Shown here: piece after piece, positions 38,814-48,552 of the stretch
How positions within the stretch are numbered: the stretch's first letter is position 1
How the letters are laid out: the number at the start of each line of letters is the position of its first letter
Source: an uncultured Candidatus Saccharibacteria bacterium
GTDB taxonomy: Bacteria > Patescibacteriota > Minisyncoccia > Phycocordibacterales > UBA12088
Direction of reading: 5' to 3'
Assembly (NCBI GenBank): GCA_964567265.1
Contig: CAZMLK010000001.1
Coordinates: forward strand, 91,311 to 155,310
Length of the DNA: 64,000 nt
Made by a program: the position numbers and the translations under genes
Notes under the pieces: generated by a model
The model's input: the letters and a program-made list of their open reading frames with translations, nothing else
The model's database searches: none
What the model was told of the DNA's origin: nothing

Positions 38814-41800
38814 ATGACAGAATTCCTCGCACGCATCCTCACGGTTGCACTCATGGTCGGGACGGTCGTGTTCACGAACCCGATCCTTCCGATCTTTGCC
38901 GAAGAAGTGGCGACGCCGCCTGCTGAGACTCCCGCGCCGAGCGGCGAGTCGACGACCGTACCCGATGCGGCAAGCACCTCGGGCACGAGCGGAGGTACCG
39001 CGTCCGGTGACGCCGTGATCGTGACGGGAGATGCTGCGTCGGTCGGCGATACGACGACGAGCGCCAACACCAACGACACCAATGTCGGCGGCGGCACGAC
39101 GGGCGGAACCACGGGAGGGATTCCTGAGGGAGCGACGCCGGTCCCGAGCGAGACCACGACGACAACCACGAACGACAACACGGCGGCCGCGACGACCGAC
39201 TCGACCGTGACTGCAGATACAGGGAACAACACTGCTGATGCGTCAGCAGGCGTGGGTGGCGGAGGCGGTTCCGCAAACCAGGTGTCCACTCCAGGCACCG
39301 AGGGCGGCAGCGGCGGGGGAGGCGGAGCTACGGCTTCTTCGGGTGGCGGCAACGCGACGGTCGCGACGGGGAATGCGTATGCGGCGGCGAACGTCATCAA
39401 CGTCCTCAATACCAACATCTTCAATTCGAACGGATTCTTCCTCTTCCTCAACTCATTCTTCGGCGGCGGCACGCTCGATCTCTCGAAGCTCGATTTCCTT
39501 TCTGCTCCGGAGAGCGCGCCCACCGGCACGACCTACTGCTCGCTCGGCGGCTGCCCGGAAGGCGGCGCGAGCTACGTGATGATGAACAACAATACGGCGA
39601 CCATCGATAACGCGGTGGTGGTCCGCTCGAACACGGGCGGCAATGTCGCAGCGGGAGATGGAAATGCGACCGTCGCGACCGGCAACGCCTACGCAGCGGC
39701 AAACGTGGTCAATGTCGCGAATTCCAACTTCGTCGACTCAAACTACCTGCTCCTTTCATTCAACAATTTCGGGAACATGGATGGCGACATCGTCCTCCCC
39801 AACAGTGATTTCTTCGCGAAATACTTCCATGGCGGCGCGCTCTCGACCGGCGCATCGAACACAGTCACGAACACGAATACTGCTGAGGTCACGAACGCTG
39901 TCGGCGTGACTGCGGACACGGGAAACAACTCCGCGTCATCAAACGGGGGGAACGCCGTCATCGCTACGGGGAATTCAAGCGCGAACGGAGCCGTCACGAA
40001 CGTCATCAACACGAACGAATTCGGTGGCGACAAGGTCTTCATGCTCTTCCGCGTCTTCGGCAACTGGGCAGGGAACATCTATAATGCGCCGAAGGGTATC
40101 GAGTGGGCGCCGACCGCGACAGGCGTCGAGCTCTTTTCCACCGATGCGGATACCGCCGGCGGCAGCGCGAATCCGCTCCAGAACCTGAAATCGTTGAACA
40201 GCAACAGCGCGACCGTGAAGAACGATGTGCAGGTCTACGCGCTCACGGGCGACAACCGGGTCGATGCGGGTACCGGCAACGGGACCGTCGTCACCGGGGA
40301 TGCGTATGCGGCAGCGAACGTCACCAACGTCGTCAATACGAACGTCGTCGGTCGCAACTGGATCTTCGCGATCTTCAACATCTTCGGCGACTTCAATGGC
40401 AGCATCTCGTTCGGTCGTCCTGACCTTTGGCTCGGGGCAGTCGCAGACAGCAACGGGCATCCATATGGACCGGGACAGGATGTCACCTATACATTCACGA
40501 TCACCAACCACGGCGACGCGGATGCATCGAACGTGCACCTGAAGGCCGCGTTCAACCACAATCTCCTCCAGTTCATGGACGGCGATGAGTGGGATCTGGG
40601 AGCGCTCGCGAAGAACCAGACGGTTGAAGTCGTGAAGCACGCGAAGGTGACCGGAAGCCTCGGGGTCGGGGACACGCCGATCCCTGTCGATGCGTCGGTC
40701 TCGCTCCACGAATCCGATGCGGACATGACCGATAACTACGAGGAGGTCACCATCGTCGGCCAGTACTATCCGACCGGCATGATCGGCGCGGTCCGTCCTG
40801 GTCCTGAGACTCCGGATCCGATCTGGAAACTCAAGAAGACAGTCTCGACGCCGACGACGGTCGCGAGCTCGACGGTCGACTATGCGATCCAGATCCTGAA
40901 CGATGGCGGTCCGGCATACAACGCAGTCCTCTTCGATTCGGTCACGGATTCCGATGGGGATGTCGTCTTCGAGCAGTCGTGGGATCTGGGAATGGTGCAG
41001 GCAAACGAGGAAATCAACGTCACCTACTCGGTGTTCTTCCATGACAATATCCCTCCCGGCGTGTACACCAACCATGCGTTCATCCGCGCGCTCGGCCGCT
41101 CTCCGGCACCCCAGTACGCGGTCTCGAAGGACTCTGGAGTCGTCTCTGCGGCCGTCACGATCACCGCTCCGGTCGCGGAAGGCGCGGACCAGCCCGAGGT
41201 AGTGCTTGCTCCTGAGGAACCGCGCTCGTGCGACCAGTATATCTACGAGTCGATCCGATCGGGCGCACGGAACAACCCCGAGGAGGTCCGGAAGCTCCAG
41301 AACTTTCTCAACAAATTCGCCGGATTCACGGGCATCGGCGAGACCGGCATCTACGACAAGGCCACGGAGGCAGCCGTGAAGAAGTTCCAGGAGGAGAATA
41401 CGGATGAGGTTTTGAGCCCTTGGGGACTCGACGGACCGACCGGATACGTGTACATTACTACACGGAAGAAAATAAATGACATCTATTGTCAAGGGCAGGC
41501 GGAATTCCCCCTCTCCGATGGGGAAGTGACTGAAATTAACGGTTTTAAGGGCTATCTCATGTCCCTCCGGTCGCTCCGGATCAAGGGCTCAGAGAGCGTC
41601 CTCCGCACGCCTCCGGCTTCGGTGACCAATCCGGTGCCCGTTCCTGAAGAATTCGAGGGCTCGCCATCTCCGACCACGAGCAGCGAGACGGCGCCGTCGG
41701 TCGTCGAATCCGCGACGACCTCGCTCATCGGGACCACAAGCGCCATCTTCGGCAAGGTCGCCTCGACCGCCCTCGACTCGATCGCGGGAGCAGCCGGAAG

Positions 41801-41903
41801 CCTCGACAATCTGCGGCAATGGCTGGCCTCGATGGCAGGATCGCTCCGCAACATCCTCTCCACGCTCATGGTGAGCCACGAGAAAACGCTCGGCAGCCTC
41901 TAG
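38814..41903 (+). CDS. large secreted surface protein with 4x GN(A/G)TVATGNAYAAANVxNVxNTN repeats, DUF11-like domains and a C-terminal peptidoglycan-binding-like domain
   Basis: 1029 aa. Signal anchor. Four near-identical 25-aa repeats. VTYTFTITNHGDADASNV and VDYAIQILNDGGPAYN (DUF11-like). C-terminal ...VRKLQNFLNKFAGFTGIGETGIYDKATEAAVKKFQEEN (PG_binding_1-like). Confidence 0.8.
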   Translation: MTEFLARILTVALMVGTVVFTNPILPIFAEEVATPPAETPAPSGESTTVPDAASTSGTSGGTASGDAVIVTGDAASVGDTTTSANTNDTNVGGGTTGGTTGGIPEGATPVPSETTTTTTNDNTAAATTDSTVTADTGNNTADASAGVGGGGGSANQVSTPGTEGGSGGGGGATASSGGGNATVATGNAYAAANVINVLNTNIFNSNGFFLFLNSFFGGGTLDLSKLDFLSAPESAPTGTTYCSLGGCPEGGASYVMMNNNTATIDNAVVVRSNTGGNVAAGDGNATVATGNAYAAANVVNVANSNFVDSNYLLLSFNNFGNMDGDIVLPNSDFFAKYFHGGALSTGASNTVTNTNTAEVTNAVGVTADTGNNSASSNGGNAVIATGNSSANGAVTNVINTNEFGGDKVFMLFRVFGNWAGNIYNAPKGIEWAPTATGVELFSTDADTAGGSANPLQNLKSLNSNSATVKNDVQVYALTGDNRVDAGTGNGTVVTGDAYAAANVTNVVNTNVVGRNWIFAIFNIFGDFNGSISFGRPDLWLGAVADSNGHPYGPGQDVTYTFTITNHGDADASNVHLKAAFNHNLLQFMDGDEWDLGALAKNQTVEVVKHAKVTGSLGVGDTPIPVDASVSLHESDADMTDNYEEVTIVGQYYPTGMIGAVRPGPETPDPIWKLKKTVSTPTTVASSTVDYAIQILNDGGPAYNAVLFDSVTDSDGDVVFEQSWDLGMVQANEEINVTYSVFFHDNIPPGVYTNHAFIRALGRSPAPQYAVSKDSGVVSAAVTITAPVAEGADQPEVVLAPEEPRSCDQYIYESIRSGARNNPEEVRKLQNFLNKFAGFTGIGETGIYDKATEAAVKKFQEENTDEVLSPWGLDGPTGYVYITTRKKINDIYCQGQAEFPLSDGEVTEINGFKGYLMSLRSLRIKGSESVLRTPPASVTNPVPVPEEFEGSPSPTTSSETAPSVVESATTSLIGTTSAIFGKVASTALDSIAGAAGSLDNLRQWLASMAGSLRNILSTLMVSHEKTLGSL

Positions 41904-41990
41904 GCGAATCGACCACAACTGCATATCCTCCCACTCTGTCCGCTGGACACCGTACGCTTCCGATTCGCGAGAAGCACGCGGTGTCTCAGT

Positions 41991-44159
41991 GTGAATGAGG
42001 ACGCTTTCAAGAACATGGTTTTTTACGACAAGTCACAAAAAAGAACGCAGTATTTCCACGCATCCCTGATCGGATTCGGCTGCTTCGTGTTCATCTCGGT
42101 CGCGTTCGCGCTCGCAGGCCTCTCGTTCCAGAAAGTCGGTGAGTACCGCACGGCAAAGGATGTCGCGTACAAACAGACCAATGACAAGGTCTTGGCGCTC
42201 ACGTTCGACGACGGACCGGATCCGGTCTTCACGCCGGAAATCCTCGCGATCCTGAAAGAAGAGAAGGTGCCGGGCACCTTCTTCGTGATCGGCGAGCACG
42301 TCATGGAGCATCCGAGCATCATCCGCGACATCAACGAGGCAGGGTTCGAGATCGGCAACCACACATACACCCACTCAGAGGCAGTGCATAATTCGCCGGC
42401 ACGCCTCCAGATCGAGCTCACGGCGACGGCGAAGGCGGTGGGGCAGATCACGGGCACGATGCCGCTCATGTATCGCCCGCCGTTCCTCCAGGACATCGGA
42501 CTCACCATGAACGGCGGACCGGTGCGCGAAGAGCAGCTTGAGGTCGCGCGCCAGCTCGGCTACGTCGTCGTCGGCGCCGACATCGAATCGCGCGACTGGG
42601 ATGCGGGCTCGGCCGAGCAGGTCGAGCAGATGGTGCGCGACAACCTGAAGGAAGGGCGGCACGTCATCCTCTTCCACGACGGCGGCGGTCCGGACCGCAC
42701 CAACACCATCAAGGCGCTCAAGAAGCTCATCCCTGAACTCAAGGCGGAAGGCTACACGTTCGTGCCCGCGTCCTATTTCTTCGGACTGAGCCAGAAGGAG
42801 GTAATGCCGCCGATCTCGTCGGTCACATCAATCGGTGACGGCGTCCTCTTTACCTACCTCCTCTTGATGGCGAAGCTCTCGGGAGCCATCGGCATCATCA
42901 CGCTCGCTGTCCTCGTGCTCACGTTCTTCCGCATCTCGACGATGCTCATCATGCGCTACGTGTTCGTCGCGGAGCAGAAGACCTACGGCAAGAAGCACGG
43001 CTATCGCGGAGCGGTCGCGGTCATCATTCCCGCATACAATGAAGAGGCGAACATCGATGCGACGATCACCAGCGTCATCGAGAACAGCCATCCGCCGGAC
43101 CAGGTCATCGTCGTCGACGACGGCTCGAAGGACAAGACGGCGGAGCGCGTGCGCGCGCTCATCGAGCACTATGGTGATCGGCTGCAGCTCATCCAGGTCA
43201 CGAACGGCGGCAAGGCGCGTGCGCTCAATATCGGCATCGCGTACGCACGCCCGAACATCGTCATCTGCATCGACGGCGACACCATTTTCCATCATGACGC
43301 GATCGCGAAGCTGATCCGCCATTTCGATGATCCGAAGGTCGGCGTTGTCGCTGGCAAGGTGGTGCCGGTCCGCGAGGAGACGCTCCTCGACAAGTTCCAG
43401 ATCGTCGAGTACATGATCGGGCAGAACATCGAGAAGGAAGTGCTCGCGGTCATGAACGCGGTCGGCGTGGTGCCGGGCGCGGTCGGCGCATGGCGGAAGA
43501 GCGTGATCCGCGCGCGCGATGGGTATCCGGAAGATACGATTGTCGAGGACCAGGACCTCACCCTCTCGTTCCTCGTGCAGGGGTACAAGATCGTGTACGA
43601 AGGGGAAGCGATCGCGTACACCGAGGCGCCGAACAACATCAAGGATTTCATGAAGCAGCGCTCGCGCTGGGTGTTCGGAACCTTCCAGTGCTTCTGGAAA
43701 TACCGGAAGCATGTGGGAAGCATGGAGCGTCCCAGCCTCGGCTGGATCGTGCTCCCGAACATCCTGCTTTTCAATACCATCCTCCCGCTCCTCACGCCGT
43801 TCATGGATATCTTCGCGCTGGTCACCATCCTCGAGGGCGGCGGCTTCAAAGGAGCTGTGATCGCGTTCTTCGTGTTCACGCTCATCGATATGACCTATGC
43901 CGCCCTCGCGATCGCGAGCGATCAGAATCCGCCGTACCGCCTCATCTGGACGGTAATCATCCAGCGCATCTTCTACCGCTACGCCATGTTCTATGTGGTC
44001 TCAGAAAGCATGATCAAGGCGATAAAGGGCAACATCGCGCCGAAGTCGCGCTGGAAGCCGCCGACCCGCCAGGGTCATGCGCAGGCAGCATTCGATGGCG
44101 TCAACCGGCTCGGCGGCCGGCCCGTCAAGCAGCCGATCACCGCGAGCATGTCGTCATAA
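41991..44159 (+). CDS. fused polysaccharide deacetylase (NodB/CE4) + processive family-2 glycosyltransferase (PgaB/PgaC- or IcaB/IcaA-like)
   Basis: N-terminal LTFDDGPDP...PGTFFVIGEH...NHTYTH (CE4 motifs). C-terminal VIIPAYNEE, VVDDGSKD, ICIDGDT, QRSRWVFGTFQ (QxxRW) with flanking TM helices. Confidence 0.85.
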   Translation: MNEDAFKNMVFYDKSQKRTQYFHASLIGFGCFVFISVAFALAGLSFQKVGEYRTAKDVAYKQTNDKVLALTFDDGPDPVFTPEILAILKEEKVPGTFFVIGEHVMEHPSIIRDINEAGFEIGNHTYTHSEAVHNSPARLQIELTATAKAVGQITGTMPLMYRPPFLQDIGLTMNGGPVREEQLEVARQLGYVVVGADIESRDWDAGSAEQVEQMVRDNLKEGRHVILFHDGGGPDRTNTIKALKKLIPELKAEGYTFVPASYFFGLSQKEVMPPISSVTSIGDGVLFTYLLLMAKLSGAIGIITLAVLVLTFFRISTMLIMRYVFVAEQKTYGKKHGYRGAVAVIIPAYNEEANIDATITSVIENSHPPDQVIVVDDGSKDKTAERVRALIEHYGDRLQLIQVTNGGKARALNIGIAYARPNIVICIDGDTIFHHDAIAKLIRHFDDPKVGVVAGKVVPVREETLLDKFQIVEYMIGQNIEKEVLAVMNAVGVVPGAVGAWRKSVIRARDGYPEDTIVEDQDLTLSFLVQGYKIVYEGEAIAYTEAPNNIKDFMKQRSRWVFGTFQCFWKYRKHVGSMERPSLGWIVLPNILLFNTILPLLTPFMDIFALVTILEGGGFKGAVIAFFVFTLIDMTYAALAIASDQNPPYRLIWTVIIQRIFYRYAMFYVVSESMIKAIKGNIAPKSRWKPPTRQGHAQAAFDGVNRLGGRPVKQPITASMSS

Positions 44160-44162
44160 ACA

Positions 44163-44207
44163 AAAAACCCACCGATTTGCACTAGTGCAAATCGGTGGGT
44201 TTTTTTG
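44163..44207. terminator. bidirectional intrinsic terminator
   Basis: aaaaaacccaccgatttgcac-tagt-gcaaatcggtgggttttttt between convergent genes. Confidence 0.7.
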
Positions 44208-44221
44208 ATGTGTGAAGTGAA

Positions 44222-45022
44222 TTATCGTCTCGTCGTCACCACCTTGGTCCAGGGACCCTTCGGCACCGCCGTGTCTTCGACGAAGCGCCACTCGACGTCT
44301 GAGATGTCGCCGACGCCGAGGCAGTCGCGCATCGCGGGCGAGAGGTCGATGCCTGCGCCCGCATCGAACGTGTTCTTCGATTTCATGTTGGTCCCGAATA
44401 CGTATGCGACATCGTCCTCCTCGAACGGACCGACATCTTGCCACTGCCCGTAGCAGGTCTTGTTTTTTCGCGTGACTTCGATCCAGTGGTTCTTGAGGAT
44501 CGATTTGCCGGCGCTGAGACTGAGCGCCTTCCCGGAATACCAATGCACGAGTGCAGCATTGTCCTTGCGGTCGCCTTCTTCGTCGAGATCGTTGTAGGGA
44601 AGCGCCACGTAGAACGGATTCTCCTTCGCGACGAACCGGCAGGGGTTGTATCCCGAGCGGCAGTCTGGGTCGTCGATGCCGCCATAGTGTTCCATCCACT
44701 GCTCGTCCCAGGCGCTCATGGCATTCGGAATGAAGTCGTTCGAGGCGTCCGCCTCTTCGCCTACCCAGAACACGGTCGCAATCGCGCTCTTGTAGCCGGT
44801 CTTGGTTGTCGTGGTAGTTGCGGTCGAGGTTGCAGTGGTCGTTCCTGCCAGCAATCCCTCAGGAGTGGTCGAGCTCGTTTCAGAAGATACAGAGGTGCTG
44901 GCGAATTCGAGGAAATTGTCATCGCTCGTGATTGGAGCAGTTTTGATGCCGTAGGCGAGGTATGCTGCCGCAGCGCCCACCGCCAACACAAAAAAGCCCA
45001 ATATCCCGAGCCATATTTTCAT
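44222..45022 (-). CDS. membrane-anchored secreted protein (hypothetical, Thr-rich linker + Cys-containing globular domain)
   Basis: Start at MKIWLGILGFFVLAVGAAAAYLAY. TTATSTATTTTTKTG linker. The C-terminal domain has conserved Cys (CRSGYNPC, CYGQWQDVGP, CLGVGD). Confidence 0.55.
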   Translation of the reverse strand: MKIWLGILGFFVLAVGAAAAYLAYGIKTAPITSDDNFLEFASTSVSSETSSTTPEGLLAGTTTATSTATTTTTKTGYKSAIATVFWVGEEADASNDFIPNAMSAWDEQWMEHYGGIDDPDCRSGYNPCRFVAKENPFYVALPYNDLDEEGDRKDNAALVHWYSGKALSLSAGKSILKNHWIEVTRKNKTCYGQWQDVGPFEEDDVAYVFGTNMKSKNTFDAGAGIDLSPAMRDCLGVGDISDVEWRFVEDTAVPKGPWTKVVTTRR

Positions 45023-45127
45023 GTGTGTTGTCAGCATAGAACCGCATGATACCATGGCAGCCGCAGCTCCCAAACGCCCGCGGTTGAGGCCCGATTTATT
45101 GGCAATCCATGTCCGAAATGGCAAGAT

Positions 45128-47845
45128 GTGGATACCACTTATTCATATCTATCCAGACTTTTCATGCACACATTCATGGCCCGTGCGCTGACCTCGGGAT
45201 TACTCGCATTGGTTGCGTTCTTCCCTACAGGAGCCCTGCTTGCCGAAACGGCCCCGGTGGCCGAGCCGCAAGCTACGGAGGCGGTCGCACCAGCTGCCGC
45301 CCCGCTCGATGGCCGGGGAAGCTCGATTCTTGTCGTGAAGGCGGCAAGCAACCCCTTCAGCGCATACTACGCCGAGATACTGCGCGCGGAGGGCTTCAAC
45401 AGCTTCACGTCGCTGGATCTTTCTCAAGTCACCGCGTCAGTCCTTTCGAGCTTCGATGTGGTCATCGTCGGCGACCTCTCGCTCACAGCCGCGCAGGTGA
45501 CGCTTTTCACGAATTACGTGAATGCGGGCGGCAACCTGATCGCGATGAGTCCGGACAAGAAGCTCTCCCCCTTGCTCGGCCTCACCGATGCATCCTCGAC
45601 CAGATCGAATGCGTATCTCCTCGTGAACACCGCGAATGATCCGGGAAAGGGAATCGTCGGTCAGACCATCCAGTATCACGGAAGCGCGGACCGCTATACC
45701 TTGAATGGCGCAACTGCGGTCGCTTCGATCTACTCGAGCGCGGCGACCAGCACTACGAATCCTGCGGTCTCCATCCGCTCGGTCGGCGGGAGCGGCGGAC
45801 AGGCAGCGGCATTCACGTTCGATCTCGCAAAATCCATCGTCTATTCGAGGCAGGGAAATCCGGCATGGTCCGGACTCGAGCGCGATGGCTCGGCACCCAT
45901 TCGTCCGAACGATCTTTTCTTCCCGGATTGGGTGAACTTGGACAAGGCGGTGATCCCGCAGGCGGATGAGCTCCAACGGCTCCTCGGCAACATGATCATA
46001 TATATGAATCAGGACAAGAAGCCGCTTCCGCGCTTCTGGTATTTCCCGAGCATGAAAAAAGCGGTCATCCTTATGAGCGGGGACGATCATGGGACCGTAG
46101 CGGGGACCAAGACCACATTCAATAATCTGATTGCGGCAAGCGCGCCTGGATGCGTCGTTGCGAATTGGGAATGCTACCGCGCGACATCGTGGCTCTATAC
46201 GAGCTCGCCGCTCACCAATGCCGAAGCGCTCGCGTATCACAACCAAGGATTCGAGATCGGCGTCCACGTGAGCACGAACTGCGCCGACTGGACTCCTGCG
46301 ACGCTTCCTGGATTCTTTACCAATGACCTCGCTGCGTTTGCTGCGAAGTACACCAGTCTTCCCGTGCAGCAGACCAGCCGCACGCACTGCATCGCCTGGA
46401 GCGATTATGCGACGCAGCCGAAGGTGGAACTCCAGAAAGGGATCCGGCTCGATGAGAACTATTACTACTGGCCGGCATCATGGGTCCAGAATCGCCCTGG
46501 CTTCATGACGGGTTCCGGCATCCCGATGCGGTTCGCCGATACGAATGGCGCACTCATCGATGTGTACCAGCAGCCGTCACATCTGGTGAATGAGAACGAC
46601 GTCAGCTATCCGGCCGGCATCAACAGCATGCTGGACAGGGCGCTCGGCGCTGAAGGGTACTACGGCGTCTTCGGCACGCACTACGACCACAGCGATGCGT
46701 TCGACAGCCAGCTCCTCGCGTCCGCGCAGACGCGGGGAGTCTCGCTGATTTCTGCCAAGCAGCTCCTCACGTGGTTGGATGGCCGTAATAATTCGACGTT
46801 CGGCACGACCACCTGGAACGGCAGCACGCTGACCTTCCCGGTAGTCGTCAGATCAGGCGCAGTGAACCTCTACACGATGATCCCGTTCAAGTCAGGCACG
46901 CTCCAGGTGACCGGCGTCAAGATCGGCGGATCGTCGGTCCCTTTCACCACCGACACGATCAAGGGCCGCGTGTACGCGCTCTTCAAGGTCACGAGCGGCA
47001 CGGTCGTCGCGACGTATGCGGCCGATACCGCGGCGCCAACGGTCGTCAGCGTCTCGCCCGCGAATGGCGCTCAGAATGTGAGCAGCAGTACGAATATCCT
47101 GATTACCTTCTCGGAAGCGATGACGGCCTCCTCGATCGGCACCTCGACCATCGAGCTCCGTGATCCCGCGAATGCGCTCGTCGCGCGTGCAGTGACTTAC
47201 AACACGGCCACCTTCACCGCGACGCTGAATCCGAACGCGAACTTACGCGCCTCGACGACCTACACCGTGAAGGTGAAGGGCGGCGCGACCGACCCGCGCG
47301 CGAAGGATGCATCGGGGAATGCGCTTGCCGTGAATTTCACGTCGACCTTCAAGATCTCCGCGACCGGCCAGGCGCCGACGGTGAGCCTCTGGAGCAGCAC
47401 CACGACTCCGGCTGTCGCCTCCGTGAATGATCCGAACGCGATCGAGCTCGGTGTGCGATTCCGTTCATCGGTCGCGGGTACGATTACCGGCATCAGGTTC
47501 TACAAGGGCGCTGCGAATACCGGCACGCATACAGGCACGCTCTGGAATGCGTCCGGGACATCGCTCGCGACAGGAACCTTTTCGGCAGAAAGCGCGACCG
47601 GCTGGCAGACGCTCATCTTCGCGAGTCCGGTCGCCATCACCGCGAACACGGACTACGTAGCCTCGTACTTCACCCCGACGGGGAATTACGCGGCCGACAG
47701 TAATTATTTTGCCGCAGCGCGCGTGAACGGCGTCTTGTCCGCGACGGCGGTCGTGAACGGGCTCTTCTCATACGGCCCGCACGCATTCCCGACTCAGAAT
47801 TTCCAGGCGACCAACTACTGGGTGGATGTGATCTTCCAGCCGTAG
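45128..47845 (+). CDS. large secreted surface protein with bacterial Ig-like domain and DUF4082
   Basis: Signal peptide. Ig-like segment TAAPTVVSVSPANGAQNVSSSTNILITFSEAM...TYTVKVKGGATD. DUF4082-like ELGVRFRSSVAGTITGIRFYKGAANTGTHTGTLW...TDYVASYF. Confidence 0.8.
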   Translation: MDTTYSYLSRLFMHTFMARALTSGLLALVAFFPTGALLAETAPVAEPQATEAVAPAAAPLDGRGSSILVVKAASNPFSAYYAEILRAEGFNSFTSLDLSQVTASVLSSFDVVIVGDLSLTAAQVTLFTNYVNAGGNLIAMSPDKKLSPLLGLTDASSTRSNAYLLVNTANDPGKGIVGQTIQYHGSADRYTLNGATAVASIYSSAATSTTNPAVSIRSVGGSGGQAAAFTFDLAKSIVYSRQGNPAWSGLERDGSAPIRPNDLFFPDWVNLDKAVIPQADELQRLLGNMIIYMNQDKKPLPRFWYFPSMKKAVILMSGDDHGTVAGTKTTFNNLIAASAPGCVVANWECYRATSWLYTSSPLTNAEALAYHNQGFEIGVHVSTNCADWTPATLPGFFTNDLAAFAAKYTSLPVQQTSRTHCIAWSDYATQPKVELQKGIRLDENYYYWPASWVQNRPGFMTGSGIPMRFADTNGALIDVYQQPSHLVNENDVSYPAGINSMLDRALGAEGYYGVFGTHYDHSDAFDSQLLASAQTRGVSLISAKQLLTWLDGRNNSTFGTTTWNGSTLTFPVVVRSGAVNLYTMIPFKSGTLQVTGVKIGGSSVPFTTDTIKGRVYALFKVTSGTVVATYAADTAAPTVVSVSPANGAQNVSSSTNILITFSEAMTASSIGTSTIELRDPANALVARAVTYNTATFTATLNPNANLRASTTYTVKVKGGATDPRAKDASGNALAVNFTSTFKISATGQAPTVSLWSSTTTPAVASVNDPNAIELGVRFRSSVAGTITGIRFYKGAANTGTHTGTLWNASGTSLATGTFSAESATGWQTLIFASPVAITANTDYVASYFTPTGNYAADSNYFAAARVNGVLSATAVVNGLFSYGPHAFPTQNFQATNYWVDVIFQP

Positions 47846-48410
47846 AGGGAGGAAACCGGAATGAGACAAATCCCCGCACGGCGCTGCCGTGCGGGGATTT
47901 TGATTCTTGAAAAAAGAAAATCGGCGGGTCGTGAGACCCGCCGACGATCGCAGTCGTGCCGTGCACAAGGTGCAGGAGCGGCGTCGATTGCGTGCAGTGC
48001 TGGAACGCGATCTTCCGATTCTCGGTTCCGCCCATGCGGCGGTCGAGTTCTGCGACAAGAGCGTCTTGCGCATCCCGAGCAATCTTCCCATCTGCCTGAT
48101 GGAAAATCGCAGGTTCCGGGCTGCCGCTGAGCTGGATCACCCAGTATTCCTCGCGTGCAGTATTCCGACCGGCGAGCGGAGCCTTCGCGGAGGCGAATGG
48201 TTTCCCATTCAGCTTGAAGACAGGTCCTTCGCTGTCCTGACCACGGACATACTCCATGCTGAAGGGTCCGCAGGTCAGGCTGGATACGGTCGTGTCCTCG
48301 TCGGAGACAAGGGGGGTAAGCCGCGTGGTCTGAAGGAAGCGATCATGAGTTGCCGCGCAGCCGCCTAGGCCGAGAATGCCGCAAACGACCAGCAGGACGA
48401 TTCGGAGCAT
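47670..48410 (-). CDS. putative lipoprotein (3' end uncertain; ORF reads through a terminator hairpin)
   Basis: Start taken at MLRIVLLVVCGILGLGGCAA (lipobox). The ORF has no stop until 47670, overlapping the 45128-47845 gene. The distal part is low-complexity Arg/Ser/Pro, so the true stop may be missing through a frameshift. Confidence 0.35.
   Translation of the reverse strand: MLRIVLLVVCGILGLGGCAATHDRFLQTTRLTPLVSDEDTTVSSLTCGPFSMEYVRGQDSEGPVFKLNGKPFASAKAPLAGRNTAREEYWVIQLSGSPEPAIFHQADGKIARDAQDALVAELDRRMGGTENRKIAFQHCTQSTPLLHLVHGTTAIVGGSHDPPIFFFQESKSPHGSAVRGFVSFRFPPSTAGRSHPPSSWSPGNSESGMRAGRMRRARSRPPSRTRRRSRALRQNNYCRPRNSPSG
47868..47902. terminator. intrinsic terminator hairpin
   Basis: aaatccccgcacggc-gctgc-cgtgcggggatttt. 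Confidence 0.6.
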
Positions 48411-48552
48411 CGGAGCAATCTCCAAGGTGGTGGTTCCTGATAATATGGAACCACGCTCATAGATTACTGTCAATGGATGCTCAAACTTAAAAAAATGCCG
48501 CCAAGGGAACCTTGGCGGCGGGGTTCTGCCTGAATCGGCAGGAATGAGGACG

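Noticed and set aside
47907-48368. 153-aa plus-strand ORF
   Set aside because: It is antisense to the lipoprotein gene with its clear lipobox signal peptide. The translation is Arg-rich and featureless.
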